Made by a program: the position numbers and the translations under genes
Notes under the pieces: generated by a model
Seen by the model: only the letters and a program-made list of their open reading frames with translations
What the model was told of the DNA's origin: nothing
The model's database searches: none
In this document: one piece after another, positions 39,815 to 54,195 of the stretch
How the letters are laid out: each line of letters opens with the position of its first letter
Position numbering within the stretch: position 1 is the first letter of the stretch
Assembly: GCF_006345805.1 (NCBI RefSeq)
Contig: NC_043013.1
Coordinates: 3,348,001-3,412,000 of the forward strand
Source: Octopus sinensis
Lineage: Eukaryota
DNA: 64,000 nt
Direction: 5' to 3'

Positions 39815-41199
39815 GCTTAATCTTACTTATTAGAATTCCATTCATATCTATGATGCATCATAGGAAATTTAAACCGACCCCAAACTCGAATTTTATTTTC
39901 TTGACTATGACACGTCAAAACCTCCGGCGGATTTGAACTCAAAACGCAAGAGCTCATAACTCAATTGCACAGGCAGTTTGTTTGATAGTCTGATTCTTAT
40001 TCCCAATCCACTGCGGCCCAGTTTAACTTACTTATTGAAGCTCTTTCATTTTATATTTTTTTCTGATAGTTTTGTGAAAGACAGAAAAATTACAAATTAC
40101 AAATTCTATTTCTATTTCTTTTAGAATGAAAATAATATGAAGAATATTGTTGCAGTTACAAGAAAGACGATATATATTTCGCCACGGAACATTCCGAGAA
40201 TTAAACTCGCACATATTCGTGAACATTGCTACTACATCTTCTAACATTTTGGACAGAGTACAAACAGGTCGTAATTAAGGGTTTGTACACGATAATTGAG
40301 TAATTAATCAAATTATCTATTACACTAGTGTCGCTAACAGATGTCCAAATACTTGACAGCAGTGACAGATGCAGACAGCAGCAATAGCTTCAACTACTGC
40401 ACAGCTGCCTGCAACTACTGCAGAAATAGCATGCAGCAGCATGAGGAACAGAAGCAGCAATAACTGCTGCAACAATAGCAACAGCAGAAATAGCAGCATC
40501 GGGAGCAGCATCAGAGAATGATGAGACAACAAAAACAACTACAAGAGAACCATCAGAGACAACAGAATGAACAGCAACGGCAACAACAACTACAAACTAA
40601 TGAAAGAGCTTACACTCAGTTGCTTGACTTGTTATGAATAGCAGCTAAATCTCGATCAACTCACAACCTAACTCTTTAAAAAGAGAAGCATACACTGAGC
40701 AAGATGGAATAATCACAGTTAAAATGCTTTCCATTATAATTCTGTTCGATCAGGGTTGACCGGGGCTAAACAGTAACACGTAGAGGGAGTCTCTATATGT
40801 CTCTCGAACTGCTAGAAATAGAAACTAAATCAAATCTATCACCTAGGAAGGACACACTGGATAATGTATCTTTGAATACAATATGTCTCACATATATACA
40901 AGAAGGTTAAGGCTAGAAGAGTTTTGATCAAAGGTTTGTTTAACAAAGACTGGCCTCGGTTAAACAACAACAGGAACTGCTGAAGTATAATACATTGCAT
41001 GAATTGTATGCTTTTCTACCTAAGCGACCTCATTTAGTTTTCTATGCATTGTACGTGTGTGAATGTGTTTATGCGTGTATGCTGTGGGTTTTATGTGTGT
41101 CTCTAACTCCTCTTGGTGCGCTATGAATTGTGTTTCCGTCTGTATGTGTGACTGTCTATATGAGGACAAACGATATGCTTCTGAATGGTAGGTATAAAT

Positions 41200-41850
41200 T
41201 CTAATGAGCTACTCTGAACAATTCCTCGTCACACGCTGTAAAAGAGTAGTGGCGAGCTGTGATTCGGAGTGTGTCAAAAATCATCCATCGTGCTCTGAAA
41301 AAAGTCAATGACAACTGGCAAAGCTCGAGATACCTAAATAGATACAAACAAGCGTGACATGCGCACATTTTATGATGTTATAAAGACCTTCTATGACCAC
41401 CCACCCCACCCCCAGGAATTTCTGTTTGGTATCAATCAGCCAATAGTTGGCACATCTCTACTAAAAGACCAATCAGCAATAGTGGAGCCTTGGGAAGAAC
41501 ACTTTAAGCAGTAACTCCCAAACAAGCCTAAGCAAGTGGATCCAGCAGTTATGAAAGCATTCTGTGGAATGCCCTACATCCACCGGCTTGTCGAGACTCC
41601 GACTTTCACGAAAGTTAATGGAGCCGAGAAGCTCTTTTGATCGAACAGTATTGCAGAAGTGATCTTTAAGGAAGAAGAGTATCTCTACACAAAAACACTG
41701 TATCGCATGGAACCATGAGTTTATACCCTAGCATTGGATGAATGCTAATATCATTACCAACCTCACAAGAGCAAAGGAAACAAATCTGTTTGCAACGAAA
41801 TATAAGAAGGAAGATCCTGGTGAAGGTCACTCTCGAAAGACGCAGTCGAC
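41200..41850 (+). pseudogene. Decayed RTE-BovB-like LINE fragment
   Basis: SLLKDQSAIVEPWEEHF, DANIIT and upstream DMRTFYDVIK resemble the RTE endonuclease-RT linker; many stops. Confidence 0.65.
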
Positions 41851-42104
41851 AAGATCATCGCCTCTTCTTCTTCTTTCTTCTTCTTCTTCTTTCTTCTTCT
41901 TCTTCTTCTTCTTCTTCTTCTTCTTCTTCTTCTTCACTGACCAGACCTGGCGATTTGAGGCTAAAGACCGCGTGATCTCCAACCACTCCTTATTCCAGCG
42001 GCGAACGCCGTAGATATGGGGGGGGCGTACAATACATGATCTTCACTACATGAGCATGGTGGCTAGACTTAGTGTTGGGGTAAAGAAATTTGCATGCGTG
42101 TATG

Positions 42105-42193
<89 letters not shown>

Positions 42194-43605
42194 TTTCACG
42201 CGATATAAACAACATGGCGGTTTGGACAACTGACAAGCTCATGACATCCATGTAATCTCGGAGCAAAAACCCTCCCATGGTATCTACTGAGTAAAGGGGG
42301 AAAATTATCAACTGACGACAGGTGTAGACTATAGAAAACTAGAGTTGCTAATTGGGAAAGAATGACTTCTAGATACTAACTTACCATGCGACATGAAGTG
42401 CTAGCCACAGTATTCTAGGATAGACTGAGAAATGGTAAAAGATATGGTCAAATAAACGCAAATATATAAAAACCGAAGGATTATTAGAATATCGGTGAAA
42501 CCTAAGAACAAAAACAGCATCCAAATTAAAAGACAAACGACCTGATATTATTGTCTGGGACTAGAAAATGTGAATATGCTTATGTATGGACTATTCGTGA
42601 GAAATCCTCAAATTCAGTAGTAAAATACATTTTCATCGTTATACCTGTTATTACCGGAGTGGCAGGATCTGATTATAGCCGCGTAACTAAGCGGTTGGGG
42701 AGAAGAGTTCGATAGAATAAGTACCAGGCGTAGAGAAAAATAAATACTAAGGTTAAATTCGATCGACTAAAACTGCTCGGATCACCATAAGTTTGAAATA
42801 CATACATACATACATACATACATAGAGGTACACGCATACATACATGCATACGTACGTACATACATGCATGCATGCATACATACATACATACATACATACA
42901 TACATACATACATACATACATAGAGGTACAGGTATACATACATACATACATACATACAAACATACATACATACATACAACATACATACATACATAGAGGT
43001 ACAGGCATACATACATACATACATACATACATACATACATACATGCATACATACGTACGTACATACATACATACATCATACATACATAAATACATACACA
43101 AATACATACATACATATATACATACATGCGTGCATAAAGAATAAGTCTACAAGAGGAACAGGAGTGATACAACTCGAAGACTAACAACGACATCAGGAAC
43201 TGCAGCAGCCAAATAACAGCCAATAACAACAGGAACAGCAACAACAACAACATCAACAGCAACTTCAGCAGCAGCAGCAGCAGCGCTGAAACGTCAATAA
43301 TGCAGGAAACGTAACAACAAAGGCAACGACCAAAACAACAACAACAACAACAACAAAAGCAATAACAAGGAAACATCAACGAAAGCAGCAGCAATGGAAG
43401 AGAAAGAAAAAAAATTGCATGTAATTAACATGTGGAAACATCTAATTAATTAATAAAAGTGTATAGGTAGTTAGATTGACACACACATACCCACATATAC
43501 GTACACACTCACACACACACACAAACACGCACTTGCCATGTGTGCTTGTGTGCGGGTAAAGGTATGTGTGTGTATTTTTGTGTGTGTGTATATATATGTA
43601 TATGT

Positions 43606-43637
<32 letters not shown>

Positions 43638-43708
43638 ATATACATATATATATATATTATATATATATATATAATATGTATATACATATATATATATATA
43701 TATGTATA

Positions 43709-43760
<52 letters not shown>

Positions 43761-44045
43761 AGATATAGATATATATATATATATATGTATGTATATATAT
43801 ATAGATACATACATAAATGCATGCTTACAAACATATATGCATTCATACATACATGCATGCATACACACGCATGCTGGTTTACTCTCACACATTCTAATTA
43901 ACGCAAGCAATTGCGAATTATCTCTTACGCTGTTATACATTCACATATGCAATGCATGCATACATTCACTCATATATACACACGTTCACCACACATATTT
44001 TCACACGCACACACACACACACACAATTCTGTGTCTCACCACAAA

Positions 44046-44076
<31 letters not shown>

Positions 44077-44452
44077 CACACACACATACACACACACACT
44101 CAATGACATTGACTTGTGAAGCCAGTTCAGACGACACAGCATAGAAAAATGTATTGAGTCTGCACTTCTCCCCCACCACAGACATACACAAATATGTATA
44201 CATTCATGTTCCATAAAGTATACTTTGTGCACGCGATTTTCGTTGCATAAAAACCAACATCCAAAATATGCCCCAATATACACACATTCAACGGTACAAC
44301 TTCATTGCATATGCATAAACATACATGCATATAACAGAGAAAATCTTTTGTCGCATTAATTTACAATTGTTTCATTGAAATTCGATCTCATTAGCATTGT
44401 TATATCATACAATAATCCATGCATACATATATCTGCATGTGTATGTGTGTGC

Positions 44453-44495
<43 letters not shown>

Positions 44496-44633
44496 CTTAT
44501 TCCCCGTCTGTCTTGATAGACAATGGGTTGCGCCAAGGGTGGGGCCTACTTTGATGATGTGCAGCGTCTGCTGTGACTGCACAGTCCAATTCTAGAGTGG
44601 CAGTCCTTGGTACAGCCGCTGCATATATATATA

Positions 44634-45070
44634 TACTATAGATAAGTGAAAGAATGGAGTCGAACGACGATTTAACAAAATTCCTTTATTCTCGACACAT
44701 GTTTAGAAGACTGCATATTCTTAATTCCGAAGGAACAAAGGGTGCATTATGCCGTCTTCTCATCAGGAAAGACAAGGAACTTATGTCAGCATCCATAGTG
44801 ATAATGAGTGTTTCTTTAAAATATTCCGTTATAACGGAATATTTTAAAGAAACACTCATTATCACTATGGATTCCGTGTGGGCAGTCATCTAAAAGTTTT
44901 TGTTCGTCATCATGCTGACATAAGTTCCTTGTCTTTCCTGATGAGAAGACGGCATAATGCACCCTTTGTTCCTTCGGAATTAAGAATATGCAGTCTTCGA
45001 AACATGTGTCGAGAATAAAGGAATTTTGTTAAATCGTCGTTCGGCTCCATTCTTTCACTTATCTATAGTA
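44634..45070. mobile_element. Nested-palindrome (fold-back) PLE-derived element with an HHR in each arm
   Basis: 159 bp arms 44634-44792 and 44912-45070 with 2 mismatches; internal perfect 82 bp palindrome at 44791-44872. Confidence 0.9.
44925..45023 (+). ncRNA. Type I hammerhead ribozyme, canonical core
   Basis: CUGAUGA 44938-44944; stem II GAAGAC:GUCUUC extended by GCAUA:UAUGC; GAAA 44999-45002; GUC cleavage after 45010; stem I with a 3x3 internal loop followed by 6 bp. Confidence 0.9.
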
Positions 45071-45235
45071 AAAAAAGCACACAAATTTCCACACGAAAGC
45101 ACGTGATTTCTGGTCTTGGCATGTAGCTTCAACCGTGCTTTCTGACGTAAATTTGCTACCCGGGTATCGGTTAACCGAATTATCCATTCTAGGTTAATTC
45201 ATTCAACTACTTAAACATTTATATATATATATATA

Positions 45236-45302
<67 letters not shown>

Positions 45303-45384
45303 CATATATATGCATCTTTCGTTTCCTTCTTGTCATTGTACTGCAGCCATCCTTGAAAGGTTTAATCGAACAAATCAAATTGAA

Positions 45385-45900
45385 TAATTGCTTCAATGCA
45401 CCTGCGAAGAAATGCGTAGAAATCCTTCAGCGTCTTCCCAGGTATGAGATGCCATTCTCTGTGGCTGAGCTCCCATAACTCTTCAAGATTGCGTGGATGC
45501 TTCTGACGGAACTCTTCTCTTTAGTTCTGTTCACATTTGCTCAATGATATTTAAGTCAGGGTTCTGAGCTGGGCAATCTTTCAATACTGTAACGCTTTCA
45601 TCAGCCAGACTCTGCTGTGTTGCAATGCGATCTGTGGCATGGAACTCTGTCATGCTGAAAAATCTCACCTTCATCCAAGTCTGGTATCAAATTGTCCTTC
45701 AGTAACTGGATGTATTTGGCACTATTCAGGTTACCATCAATTTTAACCAACTTTCTTGAACCATCACTTTTTATGTATCCCCAAAGCATCAGACTCTTAC
45801 TCTCAAACTTCACTGTTTTCGTCGCATAGCATGGGTCGTTTCGCTTTCTAATAAGCGAGAATCTGTCAGGTCTCCTGGTTCTCAACCAAGGTCCACATGA
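45385..45900 (-). pseudogene. Tc1-like transposase remnant
   Basis: KTVKF...SLMLWGYI...G..KLVKIDGNLNSAKYIQLL..NL.......FQHD...CH, then PAQNPDLNIIEQ (DD34E-type). Confidence 0.88.
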
Positions 45901-46284
45901 CCCTGGGGGTTCGATTAAGATTTGTTTCTAAAATTTATGTGCAATAAACTGGTTATACTTCCACAATACGCAAAATATCTTCACAACTTTTTTTATATTA
46001 TATAATCATAAAAATATAATTCTTTAAACATTGAATAGCTATGAAGGTCCATCCAAGTAAAACAGGAATCAAGGGGTTCCACAGGTAAAAGAATTGTTGA
46101 GAAACAATAAAATAGAGGGAAATGCAAAAACGAAAAATGGTGTAGGGTTTGTGATCAAGTGCGTAACTGAATAAGAAGAGAAAACAAAACGAGGGCAAAA
46201 TGGTTAAGTGGAGATGAGAAGACGGATGTGCTCTGGTTTGCTTTGTCATAAAGAATAAAGAGAAGGTGAAAGAGAAAGATACAG

Positions 46285-46326
<42 letters not shown>

Positions 46327-46569
46327 TATATATATATATATATATAATATATATATATATTATATATATATGTATGTATGTATGTATATAGAGAGACAGA
46401 CAGACAGACAGAGAAAGAGAATGATGATATTGCGTGTGTGTCTGTATGTCTGTGTCTCTCTGTGTGTGTCTCTGTGTGTCTCTGTGTGTGTATGTGCGTG
46501 CGTGCGTGTGTGTGTGTGCCTTTCTTATGAAGGATTGTATGCAGACAGATAAGTGAGGCTGTACCAACA

Positions 46570-47080
46570 CCCAATTCCATATTCCCTGAAGAACTTTCCT
46601 ATTCCGCTTTAGAAATGCCTATTGAAAGCGTTAAATTGTACAAGCGGAAAACCAGATAAGGGAATGCGCTGAAAATCTTGTTTCCTCGATAAGAACTCGA
46701 CCGAGGCCTCTAGTGAACGAAGATATGGCTTTAGGATAGAAATGTTCCTCTGTGTAAGACATTATAAGGGGACCTGAAATAAGAAACACCTTTCGAAAGC
46801 GATTTAAAAAGAAAACACGAAAATGCTAAAACTCTTCTGAAAATATTTGTTAACACTGACAAGAGAAAACATCCCAAGCGACTGACATTGCAACACATTT
46901 CGGGTTTGTTTTGAACAACCTTACAAAATATATACGGGAAAAATAAACACTAATGCACATCGTAATATAAATAAAGAAGCCCAGATCTTACTGAAACTCG
47001 AAGCAGATGTGCCACGTAAACCCATAAGCCCCTTTGAAATAGCACAAATGTAACAACCCATGCGTAGAGTTGCTAGCACC
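46570..47080 (+). pseudogene. Decayed PLE ORF N-terminal region
   Basis: YSLKNFPIP...MR*K..F...YGF...TDK resembles the N-terminus of PLE polyproteins; many stops. Confidence 0.6.
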
Positions 47081-47150
47081 CTAAACCCCCACACAAATAC
47101 ATATCTGTGTGTGTGTGTGAGAGAGAGAGAGAGAGTGTGTGTGTGTATGT

Positions 47151-47193
<43 letters not shown>

Positions 47194-47494
47194 GTGTGTG
47201 TGTGTGTATGGCTGAGGGTGTTAGAGCACCTACACTGTTACAAATAACAGCTAGATGGCTCTGTTGGTGTTATCAACGCACGTATAATTGTATATATACA
47301 TGCCGGAATCTACGGACTCTGCCGATATGTATGTACGGAATTATATGTACGTTGACAGCAGCAACAGAGCCATTTAGCTCTTATTTCTAGCAGCGTAGCT
47401 GCCCTAACACTCTTATATTTAATGACATTTATTGTTTTCCTTTTTGCTGAAACTCTGATAACTAGCTGCCTCATTTAATTACATATATATATAT

Positions 47495-47800
47495 AATGGT
47501 AAGAAATTTGCTTCCCATGCAAATGGTTACGAGTTCTGTCCTACTGCGTGGAACCTTAGGCAAGTGTCTTCTATTATAGCCTCGTGTCGACCAAAGTTTT
47601 GTGAATGGGTTTACAGACGGAAACTGAGAGAAGCCCGTCGTATATATAAATATATATGTGTGTGTATGTGTGTGTATATGCGTCGTGTGTGTGTCTGTGT
47701 CTGTGTTTACCCCACCACCACCACTTGGCAACTGCTGTAGGTTTGTTTACGTCCCCGTAAATTACCTGTCCGGCGAAAATAAGTACGTTAGTTGGAAGAT
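47495..47800 (+). mobile_element. SINE family B
   Basis: ggtaagaaatttgcttccc, accttaggcaagtgtcttctatta, gaagcccgtcgtatat. Confidence 0.85.
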
Positions 47801-48238
47801 TAGTTGGTTGCTTGATTGCTCGTTGCTTTCTGTTTGCTTGCATGATTGCTTGAATGATTTCTTCAATCAGGCTTTAAATCATTTAGAGAGAGAAGGGGAG
47901 AAAGAGTAAAAGAGAGATTGAGAGAGTTGACATAAGAAGTGTAGGATGAGTGCTTGGTGGGAGGCAATGAGTATAAGAGTGTTACATACTGTGAGAGAGA
48001 AAAAAATCATATATTTAATAATAGCCGATACAAATGCTGACTGGTTGGTTAATTTCTGCAATCAACCTTTACACCGTATAGAGAGATGAGGTAAGAAGGA
48101 GTAAAAGAGAGTCACTCAGACCATAAACGAAAGATGTGCAGGTTGACAACTTTCTTAAAAATAAAGATGTGTTTTACGGAATGCATGCACAGAGAGGTAT
48201 TCGATGGACTAGATTGTGATTACGCTGATTGGATTAAG

Positions 48239-48588
48239 TGAAGGTGCATGGCTCAGTGGTTAGAGCGTCGAGCTTACGATCGTGAGGTTGTGAGTTCGAA
48301 TCCCGGACCGGGCTGCGTGTTGTGTTCTTGAGCAAGACACTTTATTTCACGTTGCTCCAGTTCACTCAGCTGTAGAAATGAGTTGCGACGTCACTGGTGC
48401 CAAGCTGTATCGACCTTTGCCTTTCCCTTGGATAACATCAGTGGTGTGGAGAGAGGAGGCCGGTATGCATGGGCGACTGCTGGTCTTCCATAAAAAAAAA
48501 CTACCTTGCCCAGACTTGTGCCTGGGAGGGTAGCTTTCTTGGTGCAAGCCCATGGTCAGTCATGACCGAAGGGGGTCTCAGATCAGCA
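48239..48588 (+). mobile_element. Full-length SINE family C with intact Pol III boxes
   Basis: A-box TGGCTCAGTGG, B-box GTTCGAATCC, CORE-like ttcttgagcaagacacttt; 15 bp TSD gctgattgg(a/g)ttaag. Confidence 0.92.
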
Positions 48589-48699
48589 GCTGATTGGGTT
48601 AAGAAAAATAATAGCATATTTATTGCAAATACACAAATGTGAAATTTGTTTTGTCGAATTTTATTTTAAGGTAGTTAATATTTGTCGATTTGAAGAAAG

Positions 48700-48918
48700 T
48701 GGCGAACTGGCAGACTCGTTAGCGCACCGAGCAAAAATGCTTAGTGGCATATCATCCGTCTTTGCGTTCTGAGTTCAAATTCCTACGAGGTTGACAATAC
48801 CATTTATCTCCTCCGGACTCTATAAAAATGACAGCCAGTCGGACACGGAAGTCAGCGTAATCGACTGACCCCCAACCATCGAAATTGCTGATCTTGTGTC
48901 AAAATTTGAAGCCAATAT
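48700..48918 (+). mobile_element. Degenerate SINE family A
   Basis: ggcgaactggcagactcgttagc head and ctgagttcaaattcc B-box. Confidence 0.8.
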
Positions 48919-49059
48919 TTTAGTTTTGAAAATTAATATTCATTTCATCATTTTGGTTTAACCAGTAAGCTTGGCAGGAAAGAAACGTGCCATTAGCAGT
49001 ACAAAAACAACAAAAAATGGAAGGTGCAGTTATGTACAGGTTGTCGGAAGAAAAGCGAG

Positions 49060-49238
49060 ACAAAAACGGCTTTATCGATCGTATTCTCACCTGAAATCGA
49101 TTTTTGTAATTTTTTTTCAAGATTTATACATGCCCTGATACCGTCGGTATCTACATATCAAATTTGAACGCAATCGGATGGAGGATGCCCGAGATCCTAA
49201 AAGACACACACACACACACACAGAACGGATTTTATATA
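49060..49238 (-). mobile_element. Possible 5' part of a non-autonomous Helitron
   Basis: tatataaaatccgttctgtgtgtg...ccgattgcgttcaaatttg mirrors the 5' region of the 5804-6176 element. Confidence 0.45.
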
Positions 49239-49246
49239 ATATATAT

Positions 49247-49726
49247 AACCCTGGCTGGAGAGGATTGCTATTAGCAGGCCATATGTGTGACAGCAGGATT
49301 CATTTCCTTGCCATATCTTCAGAAAAATGTCAGTAGTTGTCGGAGAATTTCTACTTCACCAGCCCCAATTTCGGACTTCCTAATTCTCCTAATTGTAATC
49401 CCATGGATGTGTGAGGTGCAAGCGAGAAAAACACCAACCGCTCTGCCTGCAACCCCAAGGCGGAGCTGATGATCAAGATCAAAGAGTTATTCGAAGATCT
49501 TCCCGAGGATAGAATGAGGAACATATGCTCCAGGTTCCAGAGCCGTCTTGAGGCCAGGGTGGCCAGGGTGGCCAGGGTGGAAGGTGAGGGTAACTACTTT
49601 GAGTAAACTATCATCTTCATGCCAATAACCTAGTTGATATTTGTTGATTATTTTTAAGTACTTTAATTTTTGTATGGAATATTGCGTTTTCTTTTCCTTT
49701 TATGCAAACTGCCGAATACCTGTATA
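49247..49726 (+). pseudogene. maT/DD37D-like transposase 3' remnant plus a possible TIR
   Basis: QQDS..CH...LSENF...PNSPNCNPMD..GA.EK.TN...KAEL..KIKE.FEDLP....NICSRF.SRLEA. Confidence 0.75.
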
Positions 49727-50299
49727 TATGTATGCGTATATGTATGTATGTTTCTATATGTATATATTGTAGATAGACTTGAGGAAAAGTTGCAAACTCA
49801 TGATAGACAAACACAAAATAGAAAATATCTATGAACTGAAAAACATTTTTTGTTGAGATAATTTAAGTTCTCATGAGAAACAAAGTGTGAGAGAGATGCA
49901 ACGAAAACCAAGCGAGCAATCACGGCCAGGAAAGTAGGACAACAATAAATGCGTTTAACACTGAACAAACATCGCTAAACCGTTTATAATCACGACAAAA
50001 CCAAAAATACAAGAGAAGCACTTTTTATGACGTACCAATGAAGGGGTCTCAACGTAACCGTTCGACCTGCTAGAAATAGCAGTCACATTCCCTTTCAGAT
50101 CTTTCCCTACTTTCTGTCTTAAGAAAAAAATAACAAAAACGGAAGGTTACATTAGATAATGTTACTCTAGATATATTGTTTGGAGAAAGAATGGTGTGGC
50201 CATAGCTGGATTGTCCTTTTTGTAAGTTTGTTTGATTAGGACTGACTTAACAATATGTTAAAGGGACAGGTTAATTTATGCAACATGGATGATACATTG

Positions 50300-50470
50300 G
50301 TTTCGAATTTTGGCACCAGGCCAGCAATTTCGGGGTAGGGGTAAGTCGATTTCACTAACCCCAGTGCTTAACTGGTATTTATTTTATCAACCCCGGAAGG
50401 ATGAAAGGCAACCTCGACCTCAGCGGCATTTGAACTCAACGCAAAGAAGGACGGCACGCTACTAAGCATT
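50300..50470 (-). mobile_element. SINE family A (short-tail type)
   Basis: ggatgaaaggcaacctcgacctcagcggcatttgaactc. Confidence 0.8.
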
Positions 50471-51337
50471 TTAGCGGAGCTCTTCGTCAGAAACATAGAA
50501 AAAGGAAAGGTCCAAGGAAGGGAAGACGGAGAAAGAAAATCGCCAACGATACACACGTGGGCACATATATATATATTGAACAGGCTAATGGTTAAAGTCG
50601 TTCCTGCCATGTCCATTGCATCCTATTTTTTCAGATGGTTTAATTAAGATACATTATTCAATAAGACACTCCTTTATTTGTTTTAAGATACTAGGCTTTG
50701 GTTGCAATTTCTCTACGTGGTCGTTGTATCCGTATGAGACATCAGCCTAATCTCCCTCAGATAACACCCAAAATTAAAACTACACGTCGGAGAAATATAT
50801 AAAAAAAAAGATGCCATGAGGAAGCTCTTAAGATCTTCCTCTTAGCACCAACCCTATGCACGTTGAGTATGGAGCTTTTTCATGCTGCATCTTGTTTTCA
50901 GCCATATAATTTTCGAAAGTATCTTGAACATCGACATCTCTAGTCTTAGACTCATACCTTCCTAACAAACCAGACGACAGAAAGAACCTATTCAGCCGAT
51001 GGTTACTTCGCTTCGCAAGAAGGCGTCGCCATTTTCCCAGGCGCTATTGAAAAACCTTGGTGGTTTCGTATTAGCTTTATATTGATGATTGAAATGAAGT
51101 GTTTACAGAAAGACTTCCAGCGTGGTGAACGACTACCGTTGTATTTTCATATTTCCGGTTAATCCGAGAGATTTAGCTGCTTCGGAAAACTGGTTGACAT
51201 GCCGCGTAATATCATCTGTTATGTGATCGCTCTCGCTCTCTCTCTCTCTCTCCCTCTCTCTCTCTCCCTCTCTCTCTCCCTCTCTCTCTCACTCACTCTC
51301 TCTATCACACATATGCATGCGTGTGCGTATATATATG

Positions 51338-51369
<32 letters not shown>

Positions 51370-51601
51370 ATACACACACATACATACACACATGTATGAG
51401 GTTTATAACGAGAGTGGTACAGAACTAGACGGACACGCAGACGGATAGACAGACTGACAGACACAGATACATACATACATACATACATACATACATACAT
51501 ACATACATACATACATACATACAGATAGATAGACAGGCACACAGACAGACAGATAGATAGGTAGACAGACAGACAGATAGACAGACAAACGGATAGATAG
51601 A

Positions 51602-51665
<64 letters not shown>

Positions 51666-52476
51666 TAGCTACATACGTACGTTCATACAAACATACATAT
51701 TCCTATGCGCATATGTGCATGCGAGTGCGCGTCTGCGAATACACTTACATAATTCTATAAATTCTTTATAACAATGCTATTCCTCCTCTTCTGCGATCCA
51801 GCCTCCAGACTCTTTTCTCCCGCTCGCTCTCTCTTCCCTTCTCTTCCTCTCCCCTGCCTCTCCTTTTTTACTCTCACCCGTTCAATCCATCTCCATTTCT
51901 TTCAACTCCCAGCCTGTCCCATCTCTCATCGCTCAAGCTCTCTCTTTCTCTTTCTATACTACATCCCTTCTCTCACTCCCTCCACATTACTCTCTTCTCA
52001 TACATTTATATGTGTGTGCGTGTGTACATACGCGTGTAGCATGTCTGTGTATGTATGTATGTATGCATGTATGTATGCATGTATGTATGTATGTATGTGT
52101 TTATATATATATATCCCCTCTCATACATAATTTTACACGTTTCCCAGTCCCGGCATGCACTCTATCGCCATTCCTTTAAATCTCCTACTTCCACACTAAC
52201 CATTTCTATGTCGCTTTTCGCAGCACTCCCTTCCTCTCTCTCTCTCACTCTCTCTCTCTCACATTCATTCTCTTATCAACTTACATAACACTGTCACTCC
52301 TCCCTTCTCCCTCCTTTCGTCCTTCCTCCTACCTCTACCCATTCCTCTTCCCTCTAATGATCCTTCATCAGCCACCGCCGTCAACACCACTATGCCGATC
52401 GACTGACCGCATCTCTAGTGGTGCTAGTGTTTGTTTTACATTGTTAGTGAAGTTGTGGCTATTGTTGAAGTGATAA

Positions 52477-52745
<269 letters not shown>

Positions 52746-53863
52746 TTGAAAGCAATACTGTTGTTTTTTGTTGGTGACGTTGTTATTGCATAAGTATTGG
52801 TGTGGCAAGACCTCGAGCTTCCATCCGCTATAACTATATTTTCCACAAATTTCCATTAACTGACCTTATTAGAGTTCTTTCCCTTGTTCGTTGTTTTACA
52901 TTCCTACCCTAAGCCTACCCACTCCACCCCCACAGCGATTTTTCTACTAATTACATGGGTGATCTCAGTTAAATTGAAGATATTCAATTCACTGTAATAC
53001 ATAGGTGAGACCCTATCGTTTGTCGATTTCTCACGCAAAACATTCGCCTAAGATATTTTCTCCATTGCCCTTATTACTGATGTCGATGTTCTTGTTTGTG
53101 TCTGTTTTGTCGATATTGTTTAACCCTAGGTTAGTACCAATTGATCAGAGTAATGGCCAAAGTCGTTCCTGCCATGACAATGCCATCTTATTTTTCAGAC
53201 AGTATAATCAAAACAGATTATTCAATGAAAAGCTTCCATATTTCTTTTAAGATCTTAGATTTTGGATGACACATCATCCAAATCTCCCACAGATAAAACC
53301 CAATTCTATTGAAAATTCAAAGTAAACGTTGGATAATATAGACCTAAATCCTTTTGAAAAGGCAAGGAGGCCACAGTTGTTGTCGTTCGGCTACAGTTCA
53401 GTTCTGTAGAAGGACTGGTTTGGCGCTAAAATAAAAAGCAACGGATTCTAACTGCTCCACCATGAACCCTCCAACAACACCAACAACACAAAACTACCAC
53501 CAACACTACGCACCACTACAGCGCCACCATTATCTGCATCGATATCAACCACCACCTCCATCATCACCACCACCACCATGATCGCGAATCCAGGACCAAT
53601 ACTGCCACCACCACCACCACCATTGAACCACCTGTCGTGTAGCTTGTTGATGCACAACTCCTGCTAGTTGTTTGCACATGCAGTAATAGAGAGCCACATG
53701 CAACACCCACGGACAGACAGACAGACAGGCAGACAGACAGACAGACAGATAGGCAGACAAACAGAGACAGAGCGAGCGACACAGAGACACAGCGCAGAAA
53801 GCGAAGTGGGGGTGGGGGGTGACAATTAAAGTGGTGCCGACACTACAAACATTCCTGGCTGAA

Positions 53864-53922
<59 letters not shown>

Positions 53923-54156
53923 AAGCTTCTAAAAGACAGCAGACTATGCTGAGATTGCGTACATGCATCACTGCACCCCTTGCTGCTGGCTGCACCTCCT
54001 ACTCCTCCTGCTACTACTCCCCTTCCTCCTCTTCTCTCTTCCTACTCACACAGCTACACTCGCACATTCACACACAGAAATATGTCCACACACACACACA
54101 CACCTCACCTTCACAAATACATGTATTCACACACACATATATATATATATACATAG

Positions 54157-54195
<39 letters not shown>

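Noticed and set aside
48243-48320. tRNA gene
   Set aside because: A and B boxes are present but continue into a SINE body with a TSD, and there is no proper acceptor stem; it is a tRNA-derived SINE head.
52935-53003. Exon with good-looking splice sites (TAG|GTGAGA)
   Set aside because: All three frames contain stop codons.
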